DNA of 61,281 nucleotides, filler included, from a candidate division TA06 bacterium SM23_40 (GTDB lineage Bacteria; LJUI01; SM1-40): the NCBI GenBank assembly GCA_001303705.1. It is 5 parts of 5 records of this genome, joined end to end, with 100 filler letters (N's around TTAATTAATTAA, not from the genome) between each part and the next. Parts side by side here need not be neighbours in the genome. Positions count along the whole stretch, not along the records: positions 1 to 16,188 come from LJUI01000050.1; 4 more parts are not named here. One strand, written 5' to 3'. The notes beneath the pieces were generated by a model, which saw only the letters and a list, made by a program, of their open reading frames with translations, did not search any database and was not told the DNA's origin. Of this stretch, positions 1 to 10,658 are shown piece by piece. The position numbers and the translations under genes were made by a program. Position 1 is the stretch's first letter; each line of letters begins with the position of its first letter.

Positions 1-853
1 CCCCGATGCGACGAAAGAGCTCGGACAGGTCGACCCCTCCCCTGCCGTCATCGCCAAGATCCCATACCTCCGCCCCCGCTTGGGTGAGGGCGAACACGCG
101 CTCCTGCGACGCTGGCCGGGCGCAGGCGATGATCGTTCGCGCCTCAGGGCCGAGGACATTCGAACCCGGATCGGTTCTGAGCGTACTGTCGACCACGAAC
201 CGCGTCGGCTGTCTCGGTGCAGGAACGAGCCGCGCCGTCAGTGTCGGGTTATCGGCGAGCACAGTCCCTATCCCTACCATCACCGCATCGTGCTCGACGC
301 GCAGCTGATGGACGAACGTGCGCTCCTCCTCGCCGGTGATCCACTGCGAATCGCCATCAGGAGCGGCCATCAGGCCGTCAAGGGTCGTGGCAAGCTTGAC
401 CGTGACAAAAGGCAACCCGGTGCGGACGAACTTGAGATAGCACTCATTCAGCCTCGCCGCCTCCTGTTCCAGAACCCCTGTCTCCACGGCAACACCGGCC
501 TCCCTCAGCAGCGCAAACCCGCGCCCGGACACCAGTGGATTCGGATCCTCGAACGGAGCCACGACCCTGGCGATTCCCGCCTCCACGATCGCCCTCGCAC
601 AGGGAGGAGTCCTCCCTTCATGGGCACACGGCTCGAGATTGACATAGAGCGTCGCCCCTCTCGCCCGGGCACCTGCGTTCGACAGCGCCTTCGCCTCGGC
701 GTGGGCCTCCCCAACTCGCTCATGATACCCCCTGCCGACGACCTCACCATCGCGCACGACTATGGCGCCGACAAGCGGATTCGGGCTTGTTTTCCCCTTC
801 CCCAGCGCCGCGAGCTCCAGCGCTTCCCGCATGTACTTCTGATCGGACACCAT
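1..853 (-). CDS. ribD: Riboflavin biosynthesis bifunctional deaminase/reductase RibD (3' end beyond the window edge)
   Basis: Not in the ORF track; manual translation gives MVSDQKYMREALELA..SPNPLVGA..HAEAKAL..LEPCAHEGRTPPC..KLATTLDG..SQWITG. Lies downstream of an FMN riboswitch. Confidence 0.96.
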   Translation of the reverse strand, partial: MVSDQKYMREALELAALGKGKTSPNPLVGAIVVRDGEVVGRGYHERVGEAHAEAKALSNAGARARGATLYVNLEPCAHEGRTPPCARAIVEAGIARVVAPFEDPNPLVSGRGFALLREAGVAVETGVLEQEAARLNECYLKFVRTGLPFVTVKLATTLDGLMAAPDGDSQWITGEEERTFVHQLRVEHDAVMVGIGTVLADNPTLTARLVPAPRQPTRFVVDSTLRTDPGSNVLGPEARTIIACARPASQERVFALTQAGAEVWDLGDDGRGGVDLSELFRRIG

Positions 854-877
854 TCACTCGACCTCACACACGGACAT

Positions 878-904
878 AAAAAGAGCCCCGAAATCCTTCG
901 GGGC
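878..904 (-). terminator. Intrinsic terminator, expression platform of the FMN riboswitch
   Basis: Minus strand GCCCCGAA-GGAT-TTCGGGGC followed by TCTTTTT, between the aptamer and ribD. Confidence 0.85.
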
Positions 905-965
905 ATGACAGACGGGCACGTCCGGCCTACAGGCCAGGAGACCTCATCTCGTGACTTCTCAACAG

Positions 966-1146
966 TACCCTTCTCCCATCCAGACTTTCACTGTCGGCTC
1001 CGGGATCTCACCGGATCAACGCGCCTGCGAACCTTCGACATGCCCCGGGTGCACTACTCATCGCTCAGGGCAATCGCCCGGCAACGCGTTCGGCGCGCTC
1101 GCGGGCTGTACCGCCGGTGGGGAGTTTCACCCCGCCCCGAAGGGTA
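966..1146 (-). ncRNA. FMN riboswitch (RFN element)
   Basis: Minus strand TACCCTTCGGGGCGGGGTGAAACTCCCCACCGGCGGTACAGCCCGCGAGC...GATCCGGTGAGATCCCGGAGCCGACAGTGAAAGTCTGGATGGGAGAAGGGTA matches the RFN conserved blocks; upstream of ribD. Confidence 0.96.
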
Positions 1147-1151
1147 TGATC

Positions 1152-1181
1152 AATATAGATGCTCCGCGCTACGGTTGTCAA
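1152..1181 (-). promoter_or_regulatory. Sigma70-type promoter for riboswitch-ribD
   Basis: TTGACA-18 nt-TATATT, placing the start site at the 5' end of the aptamer. Confidence 0.75.
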
Positions 1182-1278
1182 GTCGGTTCTCGATAGCCCT
1201 CCCCCCGCGCACGGCACAATCCAACAAGATCGGTTCGGGAACGACAGACCCCGACAGAGCCCTGCGATCGGGACCCGA

Positions 1279-2097
1279 TCACCGGAAGTTGAAGCCGATG
1301 CCCGCGCTCATGGTGCGGATAGGGGCGAGCGCAACATCGGCATTCAGGGTGAAGAGCGCCAGATTGAGCTTCGCGCCGGACGTCCAGCGGACTCCACCGA
1401 CCGAAACACCAACGGAGAACGGATCGACCGGCGTGCCCGCGAAGTCCGGATCCTTCTCTGGATCGAGGGCAATGTCGAGCGAGGTCCACTCATATGCAAG
1501 CCCATAGTACAGCGTGGCAAGCCATATATCCTGGCTGGCCGCTGCCCCAAGACTCCAGGTCGTGAGAGAGAACGAGTCGACCACATCCAGCTCGTCCATG
1601 CCGTACAATCGCGTGAAGCCGACGACCAATGCAACCTTGGGGAGCACGGGCTGCTGCAACAGACCGTACTTCCCGCCGAACCCCAGGATGGTGAGCGCCG
1701 GCACCTCATCGAAGCTCGGAGTTTTCAGGATCCGCATCATGAAGTTGAAGTTGTAGGGGAGCCCTACGCTTCCCTGAAACATCGGCACCGGGATGACAGG
1801 GAGATCGAACTCCTCGTTGGACAGGACGATCGACTCTGCCTTGAGCTTGTCCGAGATGAAGACTACCGGGACCTTGAGGCCCATATCGAACCCACCGAGG
1901 CCGTGGACCGAGCCGGTGTCGAACAGCCCCGCCCCCATGGCAGAGCCAAAGATCTTCACCAGGGGCTCGAGCTCCTCTTCGGCCGTGTCCTCAATGAGAT
2001 CGGTGAAGTTCCAGAACTGACCACCGTTGTCGGCCCATGCCACGGAACAAAGAACGACGACGAGCACGATCACAGGCACGAGACTCTTCTGTTTCAT
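1279..2097 (-). CDS. Exported, probable outer-membrane beta-barrel protein (DUF6588-like)
   Basis: AGGAGG RBS before MKQKSL; signal peptide ending AWA; alternating beta-strand pattern; C-terminus AGIGFNFR. Confidence 0.6.
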   Translation of the reverse strand: MKQKSLVPVIVLVVVLCSVAWADNGGQFWNFTDLIEDTAEEELEPLVKIFGSAMGAGLFDTGSVHGLGGFDMGLKVPVVFISDKLKAESIVLSNEEFDLPVIPVPMFQGSVGLPYNFNFMMRILKTPSFDEVPALTILGFGGKYGLLQQPVLPKVALVVGFTRLYGMDELDVVDSFSLTTWSLGAAASQDIWLATLYYGLAYEWTSLDIALDPEKDPDFAGTPVDPFSVGVSVGGVRWTSGAKLNLALFTLNADVALAPIRTMSAGIGFNFR

Positions 2098-2134
2098 CCC
2101 GAGATCCCTCCTGATGAATGGCTCCTGCCTCATC

Positions 2135-2875
2135 CTACCCGAGATTCCCGAGCCAAGGAAGCCACTGCACGAGATACTGCGAGAGGATGCCGAACAGGTT
2201 GAAGAAGATGAGCACTCCCACTGCCACGAGAAAGAGGCCCGCGATGATCTCCACCATACGAAACCGCCGCTTCAGACGCCCGAACAGACTGAGGAAGGTG
2301 TTGATCCCCAGGCCGGCGAGAAAGAACGGCAGTCCGAGACCAAACGAGTACGCGCCTAACAGGACGATCCCCTGCCCCACGGTCTCCTGAGTGCTGGCGA
2401 CCGCGAGAATCCCGGCGAGGATGGGCCCGATGCAGGGCGTCCACCCGAACGCGAACGCGATGCCGATGAGGAATGAACCGATCGGCCCGCGCACAGCGGC
2501 GCGCCCCTGAAAGCGTTTCTCGGCGTACAGAGCACGGATCCGGAAGACCCCCGCCATGTGAAGCCCGAAGATGATGATCAACACACCGGCTATCTTGCTC
2601 AGGATGACCATCCGCGCGAGCAAGAACCGACCCAGGAATGTCGCTGAGGCTCCGAGGGCGATGAAGACGACCGAGAATCCGAGAATGAAGAAGATCGAAT
2701 TGATGCTCACACTGCCGAGTACCCTCACGCGCTTCTCCGATCCCTTCAGATCTTCCATCGAGACACCCGATATGAAGGAAAGGTACGCCGGCACCAGGGG
2801 GAGCACGCAGGGCGAGATGAACGAGATGAGGCCTGCCACGAAAGCCGCCAGTAATGTCACACTCTGCATCATCAT
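2135..2875 (-). CDS. ccdA: Cytochrome c biogenesis / DsbD transmembrane protein CcdA
   Basis: SFISPCVLPLVPAY and FGWTPCIGPIL motifs; multiple TM helices. Confidence 0.93.
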   Translation of the reverse strand: MMMQSVTLLAAFVAGLISFISPCVLPLVPAYLSFISGVSMEDLKGSEKRVRVLGSVSINSIFFILGFSVVFIALGASATFLGRFLLARMVILSKIAGVLIIIFGLHMAGVFRIRALYAEKRFQGRAAVRGPIGSFLIGIAFAFGWTPCIGPILAGILAVASTQETVGQGIVLLGAYSFGLGLPFFLAGLGINTFLSLFGRLKRRFRMVEIIAGLFLVAVGVLIFFNLFGILSQYLVQWLPWLGNLG

Positions 2876-2965
2876 CCTCCGCGGGAGGAACCAGATCCAG
2901 TGTCGTCAGCCTGCCGCATCCTCCGCACGACTCGGCTACCGCGTGGACCAAAATCGACCGGATTT

Positions 2966-2994
2966 ATCCTAGCATCCGATCGAACTTCTGTCAA
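2966..2994 (-). promoter_or_regulatory. Sigma70-type promoter for ccdA
   Basis: TTGACA-17 nt-TAGGAT with an extended TG. Confidence 0.65.
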
Positions 2995-3033
2995 GCACTA
3001 GGAGCGATCGATTCTACTTCCGGGCTCTCGATC

Positions 3034-3139
3034 ATCTCCACCTTCAACCATCTCCACCTTCAACCAACTCCGCCTTCAGCCAACTCCGCCTTCAGCCAAC
3101 TCCACCTTCAACTACCTCAACATCGAGCTCAACATCGAG
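3034..3139. repeat. 16-bp tandem repeat x5, followed by a 12-bp duplication
   Basis: Units AWCTCCRCCTTCARCY at 3034, 3050, 3066, 3082, 3098; then CTCAACATCGAG x2. Confidence 0.9.
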
Positions 3140-3237
3140 AAAAAGCGGACGGCTCCTGCCCCCATACCCACCGCCACACCAGCCGGTTGGCAGAGCAGGA
3201 GCCCCAGAGAGGTCCTGTCAGCAGCAGCGAACCCGAC

Positions 3238-4295
<1,058 letters not shown>

Positions 4296-4396
4296 CCCCC
4301 ATCCTCCGGATGCATCCGGCAAACGAACCAGAGCGTGACTCTGGCCGGCGGGCTGTCATCGGCTGAGCCCCGGCGGCCCGGCTGGACAGCAAAGAA

Positions 4397-5425
4397 CTAC
4401 GACGCGGCACTCCCCGCAGCAGTCTCCAGCACTTCGGCAATGTCGATCCCGACCGGGCAGTGCCGGCTGCACCGTCCGCAACCGGTGCAGAGCGTGACGC
4501 CAAATCTATCCTTATAGTATCTGAACTTGTGGAGGATCCGCTGTCGGTACCGCTTGTATTGGACATCGCGTGGGTTGTGCCCCGAGGCATGGACGGTGAA
4601 GTGCCAGAACGTACACGCATCCCAGTTCTTGCACCGATGGCCGGAGAGCCCCTGCACCTCATCGACGATATCGAAGCAGTGACATGTCGGACAGACGAAC
4701 GTACAGGCACCGCACCCGAGGCAGGTCATCCAGGACTCCCACATCTCGTCGTCGAAGTGATCGTCGAGCCATCCCTTGGCTTTCGATACGTCGACGGACC
4801 GCGTCACGAGTGCCCTGGCCTTCTCTCCCGCCTTCTGCCTCGCGCTCTCATCACCCCCCTCGCGGAACAGCTCGCCGAGCTCGGCCGCGAGCTTCTCCCC
4901 CTTGTCGGTAACGACCTCGACGAAGAACTGCCCGTCCTCAAGCTGCGTGAGCAGGATATCGCTCCCGGCGGTGTTATCGGGGGAGAGGCCAACAGACGTA
5001 CAGAAGCAGAAGTTGTCGGCTGTGGTGCAGGTGAGACCGATGACGGTCGTCGCCTCCCTCCTGCGCGTGAAGAGCTCATCGTCACAGTCCCAGGTGAAAA
5101 TATGGTCGAGGATGGGAAGGCTTGCAGCATCGCACGGCCTCGCGCCCACCACCACGGTCTCCGGGAACTGCATCGACGGCGGCTCGACCTTCACTTCGCC
5201 CCCACTCCGATCGAATCCGAGTATGGCCTCGGTGCGAGGGAAGACGATCTCTTTGGCCGAACGCTTGCAGAGGAAGTAGTCGAGTACAGCCTCGGCGCTC
5301 GAGCTGACCTGCCCGAAGGCCAGATCGCCGTTCCGCTGCGTGGGCGCGATCACACGCATGCCCTTCTTGATGAGCTCGTCGATGAGGGCGGGGAGTCCAT
5401 CCCCGGCCAGCGTCCTGTGCTCCAT
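4397..5425 (-). CDS. flxB: 4Fe-4S dicluster protein FlxB (AsrA-like)
   Basis: CLGCGACTFVCPTCHCF and CTGCGRCSRHCP; RPCDA and FCFCTS motifs. Confidence 0.87.
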   Translation of the reverse strand: MEHRTLAGDGLPALIDELIKKGMRVIAPTQRNGDLAFGQVSSSAEAVLDYFLCKRSAKEIVFPRTEAILGFDRSGGEVKVEPPSMQFPETVVVGARPCDAASLPILDHIFTWDCDDELFTRRREATTVIGLTCTTADNFCFCTSVGLSPDNTAGSDILLTQLEDGQFFVEVVTDKGEKLAAELGELFREGGDESARQKAGEKARALVTRSVDVSKAKGWLDDHFDDEMWESWMTCLGCGACTFVCPTCHCFDIVDEVQGLSGHRCKNWDACTFWHFTVHASGHNPRDVQYKRYRQRILHKFRYYKDRFGVTLCTGCGRCSRHCPVGIDIAEVLETAAGSAAS

Positions 5426-5488
5426 CGCCTCGATCCTCTGTCGTCTCTATCCCACGAACCCGCAACCCGGAAAGGCAGGTCAGCGAGG

Positions 5489-6373
5489 TTATCGAATGAA
5501 GCTCTGATCGTCCTCTTCACGATAGGTGGCAAAGGGAGGAGGTGCCTCGCTGTCGTACCCGGCCCGGTACCCGTACTCCACCGCCACCTCTTTCGCCAGC
5601 TCCCGGTTCAGGAGGTTGAGCGGAATGCCCACAGGGCAGACCCGTTCGCATTCCCCGCACTCCACACAGCGACCTGCCAGGTGCATCGCCCTGATGATAT
5701 TCCAGGCCAGGTTGGCCCGCGGGTGCTGGCCCGATTCGATCCAGCGCGGCAGGGTCTTGTCTGCAATACACCTGGTGCAGTAGCAGAAGGGGCAGGCCTG
5801 GCGGCAGGCGTAGCACCTGATGCACCGCTCGAACTGCTCCTGCCAGTAATCCCACCGCTCGCGAGGGGTCTTCTCCTCGAGCTCGCGCACGTCCTTCCAG
5901 TCGTCTTCCGCATCTACGGGCGGGACCTCTTCGCCCACCAGGTGGTCGTAGGTGCGAGGAGTCCGGACATCACAGAACCGGCACTTCAGATCTCTGTTCT
6001 CCTCTGTCAACTCACCCTGCCATAGTGAACCGTCTGAGACGACACCCTTGCAGGCCACGCCGATGATGACCAGATCGTCGCGCGAGAACTGCATCTCCTG
6101 GATCAATCCGGTAATCGCTTTGACGTCGCATCCCTTGGCAACGATCGCCGCCTTCCCCAGGGCCTGGACGTCCGATTTGGCCTTCGTGAGGTAGACGGCG
6201 AGGTTATTGACACAGCGCGGGTTCCAGACGAGCTCACCGACTTCGTCGGGATCGGTGACGAGAATGGGCCGCGTCCTGTCCGGGTCGGCCTTCACCGCAC
6301 CCCAGCCAACGACGACCTGCACCTCTCCCTTCTCCAGCAGCTCTCGAGCTATGTCTTGTAGCCCTTTGCTCAT
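5489..6373 (-). CDS. flxC: 4Fe-4S dicluster protein FlxC
   Basis: AKGCD, CIRCYACRQACPFCYC and HLAGRCVECGECERVCP motifs; gene order. Confidence 0.85.
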   Translation of the reverse strand: MSKGLQDIARELLEKGEVQVVVGWGAVKADPDRTRPILVTDPDEVGELVWNPRCVNNLAVYLTKAKSDVQALGKAAIVAKGCDVKAITGLIQEMQFSRDDLVIIGVACKGVVSDGSLWQGELTEENRDLKCRFCDVRTPRTYDHLVGEEVPPVDAEDDWKDVRELEEKTPRERWDYWQEQFERCIRCYACRQACPFCYCTRCIADKTLPRWIESGQHPRANLAWNIIRAMHLAGRCVECGECERVCPVGIPLNLLNRELAKEVAVEYGYRAGYDSEAPPPFATYREEDDQSFIR

Positions 6374-6376
6374 CGC

Positions 6377-6904
6377 CTATGCCCTCTGCTCGATCGCCTG
6401 CTCGTCGGGAACTTCCTTCCACCAGCGGCTCAGCGCCTGATACTCGGTGAACGGTCCGAGTGCGCGCACACGATTAGTCACATCGTTGATGACATCGACC
6501 CACTTGGCGCCCTCCGCCGCCGAAACCCAGGAGAACTGAAGCCGGTCGAGATCGACGCCCACGAACTCCATGAGCTTCCGGAACAGGGCGAACCGCCTCC
6601 TCGCATGGTAGTTGCCGGAGGAGTAGTGGCAGTCCCCCGGGTGGCATCCGGAGACGAGCACACCGTCGGCCCCGCCCTCGTATGCCCGAACGATGAAGAC
6701 GGGGTCGATTCTGCCGGTACAGGGCAGTTTGATGATGCGCACATTGGGCTGGTACTGCAGGCGGCTGGTGCCGGCGAGATCAGCTCCTGCATAGGTACAC
6801 CAGTTGCAGACGAAGGCTACGATCTTCGGCTCCCAGCCTTCGGGTCCGACAGCCCCTTCTCTCCGCTGCTCCTGCTCCGATGATTGTGAGTCCGCTGTCG
6901 TCAT
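6377..6904 (-). CDS. flxD: MvhD-like [2Fe-2S] subunit FlxD
   Basis: FVCNWCTYAGADLAG, PCTGR, GCHPGDCHY and WVSAAEG motifs. Confidence 0.92.
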   Translation of the reverse strand: MTTADSQSSEQEQRREGAVGPEGWEPKIVAFVCNWCTYAGADLAGTSRLQYQPNVRIIKLPCTGRIDPVFIVRAYEGGADGVLVSGCHPGDCHYSSGNYHARRRFALFRKLMEFVGVDLDRLQFSWVSAAEGAKWVDVINDVTNRVRALGPFTEYQALSRWWKEVPDEQAIEQRA

Positions 6905-6952
6905 CTCCCGGTCTGCTCCCTCGTGTGGGAATCTGTTCGGCAATGCCTCGGC

Positions 6953-8956
6953 TTACTCGGCGAGGGCGTTGATCTCGGCGAAGAGCTGTTCATCAGTAAA
7001 CCCGAGGAGTTCGATACTCTTTGAAGGACAGGCAACAACGCAGAGCCCGCACCCCTGACAGAGTCCCTCGTTGACATGGGAGACGAGCTTGATCAGGTTC
7101 CCGTCTCTGTCTTTGATCTCCTTCTCCTCGACGGCGGAGTACGGGCAGATCCGCTTGCAGAAGAAGCAGGCGACGCAGGTATCCTCATTGACAACCGCGA
7201 TCGTCGGTTCCCGCTCCAGCTCGTCGACGGCGAACATCTCCAGCACCTTGGCGGCAGCCCCCGATGCCTGGGCCACTGCCTCGGGAATGTCTTTCGGCGC
7301 CTGGCACGCCCCGGCGAGGAAGACCCCCGCCGTATTCGTCTCCACCGGCGCCAGCTTGGGGTGCTTCTCGGAGAAGAAACCGTACTTGTCGTAGGCGATT
7401 CCGATCTTCTGAGCGACATCCTGCGAGTCCGGCTGGGCAAGCGTGGCATTGGCAGTCACCACCATGTCTGCGGCGATCTCCACCTGCGTGCCGCTCAGCG
7501 TGTCCGCACCCCTGACGATGACCTTGCCGTCCTTCCGATAGAGGCGGGAGACGCGCCCCCGCAGATAGACGACGCCATCCTCCTCGATCGCCCGGCGCAC
7601 GAATTCCTCGTAGTTCTTTCCCCCGGAACGGATATCCATGTAGAAGATGTATGCGTCGCCGTCGTGCACTTTATGCTTGTACAGCATCGCGTGCTTGACT
7701 GTATACATGCAGCAGATCTTCGAACAGTAGGTGATGCCCTTCTCTGGGCACCGGGAGCCGACGCACTGGATGAAGGCAACGGTCTTCGGCTCTGCGCCGT
7801 CGGAGGGGCGCCTCATGTGACCCTCGGTCGGCCCCGACGCGCTCGCCAGCCGCTCGAACTGGAGCGCGTCGATCACGTCAGGGATGTTGCCATACCCGTA
7901 CTCGCCGTACCCTGCGATGGTGCTCCCGGGAGGCTTCTCCCCCACCGAGTAGAGGCTGTATCCTGTGGCCACGACGATCGCCCCGACATCGTAGGTGACG
8001 ATCTCATCCTCCTGGTCGAACCGGATCGCTCCCGGGCCGCAGAACTTCTCGCAGACCTTGCATTTCCCCTTGATGTAGTAGATGCAGTTTTCCTTATCGA
8101 TAACCGGCACGTTCGGCACGGCCTGAGGAAACGGTGTATAGATGGCGGGCCTCATACTGAGTCCGACGTTGAACTCGCTCGGTATCTTCTTGACCGGACA
8201 CTTCTCCATGCACACTCCACACCCGGTGCAGACGTCCATATCGACCGAGCGCGCTTTCTTCCGGATCTTCACCTGGAAGTTCCCGACGTACCCGTCGACC
8301 TCCTCGAGCTCAGAGTAGGTGAGGAGCGTGATGCGAGGGTGGCTCGCCACTTCGACCATCTTCGGAGTCAGGATGCACTGAGAACAGTCGAGGGTGGGGA
8401 AGGTCTCGGAGAGCTGGGACATGTGTCCCCCGATCGACGGGTCCCTCTCCAGCAAGATGACATCCCGCTCACCATTGGCGATGTCGAGAGCGGCCTGGAT
8501 GCCGGCGACCCCGCCGCCGATGACGAGGGCCCGCTTTGTAACCGGCACTCGTATCGGCGTCAGCGGCTGGTTCAGCTTGACCTTCTCCACCATCACCCGG
8601 ACGAGGTCGATCGCCTTCGCTGTCCCATCCTCGATATCCTGATGGACCCACGAGCAGTGCTCCCTCACGTTCGACATCTCCGCGAGGTAGGGATTGAGCC
8701 CCGCCTCGGCGACGGCGCGGCGAAAGGTGCGTTCATGCATATGGGGGCTGCACGCTGCCACGACAACGCCGTCGAGCTTCTTGTCGCGAATGGCGTCCTT
8801 GATCTTGAGCTGCCCGGGATCGGAACACATATACAGGTAATTCTCGGAATGGACGACACCGGGGATCTTGGCAGCCTCCCCGGCGACCCGCTCGCAGTCG
8901 ACCGTGGCACCGATATTCTTGCCGCAATGACAGACAAAGACGCCGATTCTCGCCAT
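6953..8956 (-). CDS. hdrA: Heterodisulfide reductase subunit A
   Basis: Real start MARIGVFVCHCG (the ORF-track N-terminal extension is spurious); GGGVAG FAD site, TFPTLDCSQC, QCVGSR, YCSKICCMY, ferredoxin motifs. Confidence 0.97.
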   Translation of the reverse strand: MARIGVFVCHCGKNIGATVDCERVAGEAAKIPGVVHSENYLYMCSDPGQLKIKDAIRDKKLDGVVVAACSPHMHERTFRRAVAEAGLNPYLAEMSNVREHCSWVHQDIEDGTAKAIDLVRVMVEKVKLNQPLTPIRVPVTKRALVIGGGVAGIQAALDIANGERDVILLERDPSIGGHMSQLSETFPTLDCSQCILTPKMVEVASHPRITLLTYSELEEVDGYVGNFQVKIRKKARSVDMDVCTGCGVCMEKCPVKKIPSEFNVGLSMRPAIYTPFPQAVPNVPVIDKENCIYYIKGKCKVCEKFCGPGAIRFDQEDEIVTYDVGAIVVATGYSLYSVGEKPPGSTIAGYGEYGYGNIPDVIDALQFERLASASGPTEGHMRRPSDGAEPKTVAFIQCVGSRCPEKGITYCSKICCMYTVKHAMLYKHKVHDGDAYIFYMDIRSGGKNYEEFVRRAIEEDGVVYLRGRVSRLYRKDGKVIVRGADTLSGTQVEIAADMVVTANATLAQPDSQDVAQKIGIAYDKYGFFSEKHPKLAPVETNTAGVFLAGACQAPKDIPEAVAQASGAAAKVLEMFAVDELEREPTIAVVNEDTCVACFFCKRICPYSAVEEKEIKDRDGNLIKLVSHVNEGLCQGCGLCVVACPSKSIELLGFTDEQLFAEINALAE

Positions 8957-8996
8957 TTCCCGACTCCCTGATCCGCCTACCCGTACGTCTATGAGT

Positions 8997-9872
8997 CTAA
9001 ATGAGGCCCTTCGCCGAGAGGAGCGGCCTGGGATCGACGATGACCTTATCCAGGCCGATCGCCTCCGGGCTCGCCCCGAGCGACAATCCCAGAAGCTGCG
9101 TGAAGTAGAGCACCGGTATCCCGTAGTCCTCGCCGTACTGCTTCTCGACCTCTGCCTGGCGCAGGTCGAGGTTCGGCTGGCAGACCGGACAGGCAGCGAT
9201 GATGCACTCTGCACCGGCGTCCTTCGCAGCCGACAGGATGTCGTTCACCAGCCGTCTCACGATAGAGATTTTGGAGAGGGTGAAGCTTCCCCCGCAGCAC
9301 TCTGTCCTGTGTGTCCAGTCGACAGGCTCACCGCCGATCGCATCGACGAGCCGATCCATCGACCTCGGCTCCTCGGGATCGTCGAAGGCAACCATCTTCG
9401 GCGGACGGACGAGGAGGCATCCGTAGTATGAGGCGACCTTCAGACCTCCGAGCTTCTTGGTCGCTTTCTCCGACAGTGCCTCCGTCCCGATCTCGTTCAC
9501 GACGATATCGAGGAGATGCCGGACACCTACGTCTCCCCCGTACTCCTCGCCGAGGATCCTCGCCACGGCTGCCCGCCGGTCCTCACGGTGCTGCACTTCG
9601 TAGTTCGTCGCACGAAGCCGGTTGTAGCAGGCAGCGCAGACGGTCGCCACCTCGAGCCCACCGCCCATCTCCCTTGCGTTGAGCAGAACCTTAGCCGGCA
9701 GGGCGAGCGCGAGATTGTCGTCTGTCGTATGGCCCATCGTCGCCCCGCAACAGATCCAGTTCGGTATCTCATCAAACTGGAGCCCGAGCGGCTCCAGTAC
9801 CGCCTGCGTCGACATCTCGAATTCGATCGCCGATCCCGGCGCCGTGCAGCCGGGGAAGTAGGCGAATCTCAT
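8997..9872 (-). CDS. hdrB: Heterodisulfide reductase subunit B
   Basis: YFPGC, WICCG, CAAC, YYGCLL, ECCGG and CPVCQ CCG-domain motifs. Confidence 0.96.
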   Translation of the reverse strand: MRFAYFPGCTAPGSAIEFEMSTQAVLEPLGLQFDEIPNWICCGATMGHTTDDNLALALPAKVLLNAREMGGGLEVATVCAACYNRLRATNYEVQHREDRRAAVARILGEEYGGDVGVRHLLDIVVNEIGTEALSEKATKKLGGLKVASYYGCLLVRPPKMVAFDDPEEPRSMDRLVDAIGGEPVDWTHRTECCGGSFTLSKISIVRRLVNDILSAAKDAGAECIIAACPVCQPNLDLRQAEVEKQYGEDYGIPVLYFTQLLGLSLGASPEAIGLDKVIVDPRPLLSAKGLI

Positions 9873-9954
9873 CGTCTCCTTCTCCTTCCATCTCGCCGCC
9901 GCTTGTGATCCAAGAGGGGTGTATCAGGTGCCGGCGGACGACGGCGCCAGCCGT

Positions 9955-10545
9955 TCACGCTCTGCCGGCTCTATTCGCCGACGACGCGGCACTCTCCTCC
10001 TTCACTCGCCGGAAGATCTCCCGCACTTCACGCACGTTCCCGCTGCGGTGCGGCAGGAGCTTCAGCTTCCCCTTGAAGAAGAGCTTCGGGCCGAGCATCA
10101 CGTCCTTGAAGAACTGGCGCGTGCGCAGATTGTACTTCCCGATGAGGCCGATCTCGTACTGCCGGCCGAAGGTCCTGATGTTCCCGAGGAAGATGTCATT
10201 GAGGGCTGTCACGTATCGATCCTGCACAGGGTAGTGCTCGCGCTGGGCGATGATCCGGAGGGCATCCATCACACCCGTGATATCGACCTCCTGAGGGCAC
10301 CGCGTGGTGCAGGTGACACACGAGGCGCACGTCCAGATGGTATTGCTCGTGAGGGCGAGGTCCTTCAACCCCAGCTGCACGAATCGGATTATCCGCTGCG
10401 GCCCGAAGTCCATCTCCGGGGCTGCCGGGCATCCAGCCGTGCAGTTTCCGCACTGATAGCACTTCGATACGCTCTGGCCGATGATCGCCTCCACCTGTTG
10501 GGTGAAGTCTGACACGACCATCGGGCCCGGAACCTTCAACTGCAT
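9955..10545 (-). CDS. hdrC: Heterodisulfide reductase subunit C
   Basis: CYQCGNCTAGCP and IWTCASCVTCTTRCP; start at MQLKV after GGAGA. Confidence 0.94.
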   Translation of the reverse strand: MQLKVPGPMVVSDFTQQVEAIIGQSVSKCYQCGNCTAGCPAAPEMDFGPQRIIRFVQLGLKDLALTSNTIWTCASCVTCTTRCPQEVDITGVMDALRIIAQREHYPVQDRYVTALNDIFLGNIRTFGRQYEIGLIGKYNLRTRQFFKDVMLGPKLFFKGKLKLLPHRSGNVREVREIFRRVKEESAASSANRAGRA

Positions 10546-10658
10546 CGCTCTTTCTCCGGCAAATGGATCTTCACGATTGCGGTCCCCGACGCGGGGACTC
10601 CACGGGAGCCGTCGACAGCGCCTCTGCGGCGGCGCCACCGGACAGCCCCTCAGTTCGA

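Noticed and set aside
6377-8956. Selenocysteine in FlxD/MvhD or HdrA
   Set aside because: Both frames are open with Cys at the relevant motifs; no in-frame TGA.
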